From positions 1-25,100 of the IMG/VR virus record IMGVR_UViG_3300017733_000043: a stretch of DNA of 25,100 nt; one strand, given 5' to 3'. The notes beneath the pieces were generated by a model that was given only the letters and a program-made list of their open reading frames with translations, did no database searches and was not told the origin of the DNA. The translations under genes were made by a program, and so were the position numbers. The number at the start of each line of letters is the position of its first letter. Position 1 is the first letter of the stretch. Positions 25,099-25,100 of this stretch are shown one piece after another. The stretch comes from a virus. Its lineage: Duplodnaviria > Caudoviricetes.

Positions 25099-25100
25099 GG

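Overview
A 25.1 kb segment of a T7-like cyanophage (cyanopodovirus, Autographiviridae), with all real genes on the minus strand. Reading right to left: a partial LAGLIDADG endonuclease, gp6-like exonuclease, an overlapping nblA-like gene, DUF3310, a MazG-like pyrophosphatase, compact class I RNR alpha and beta subunits, two hypotheticals, portal and scaffold. An accessory island follows, with three tiny Lys-rich ORFs, a secreted small beta-barrel protein, a glutamine-II (Downstream-peptide)-type riboswitch in front of a DUF4278 'YRG' peptide, and a Cys4 peptide. Next come a highly structured leader, the major capsid gene and its terminator, tail tubular A and B, three internal virion proteins, and three tail fibre/receptor-binding genes, the last running off the left end. 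The most notable element is the phage-borne glutamine riboswitch/DUF4278 unit just upstream of the capsid gene; together with nblA it suggests phage sensing and manipulation of host nitrogen status. All calls come from motif recognition and gene order by eye; no searches were run.
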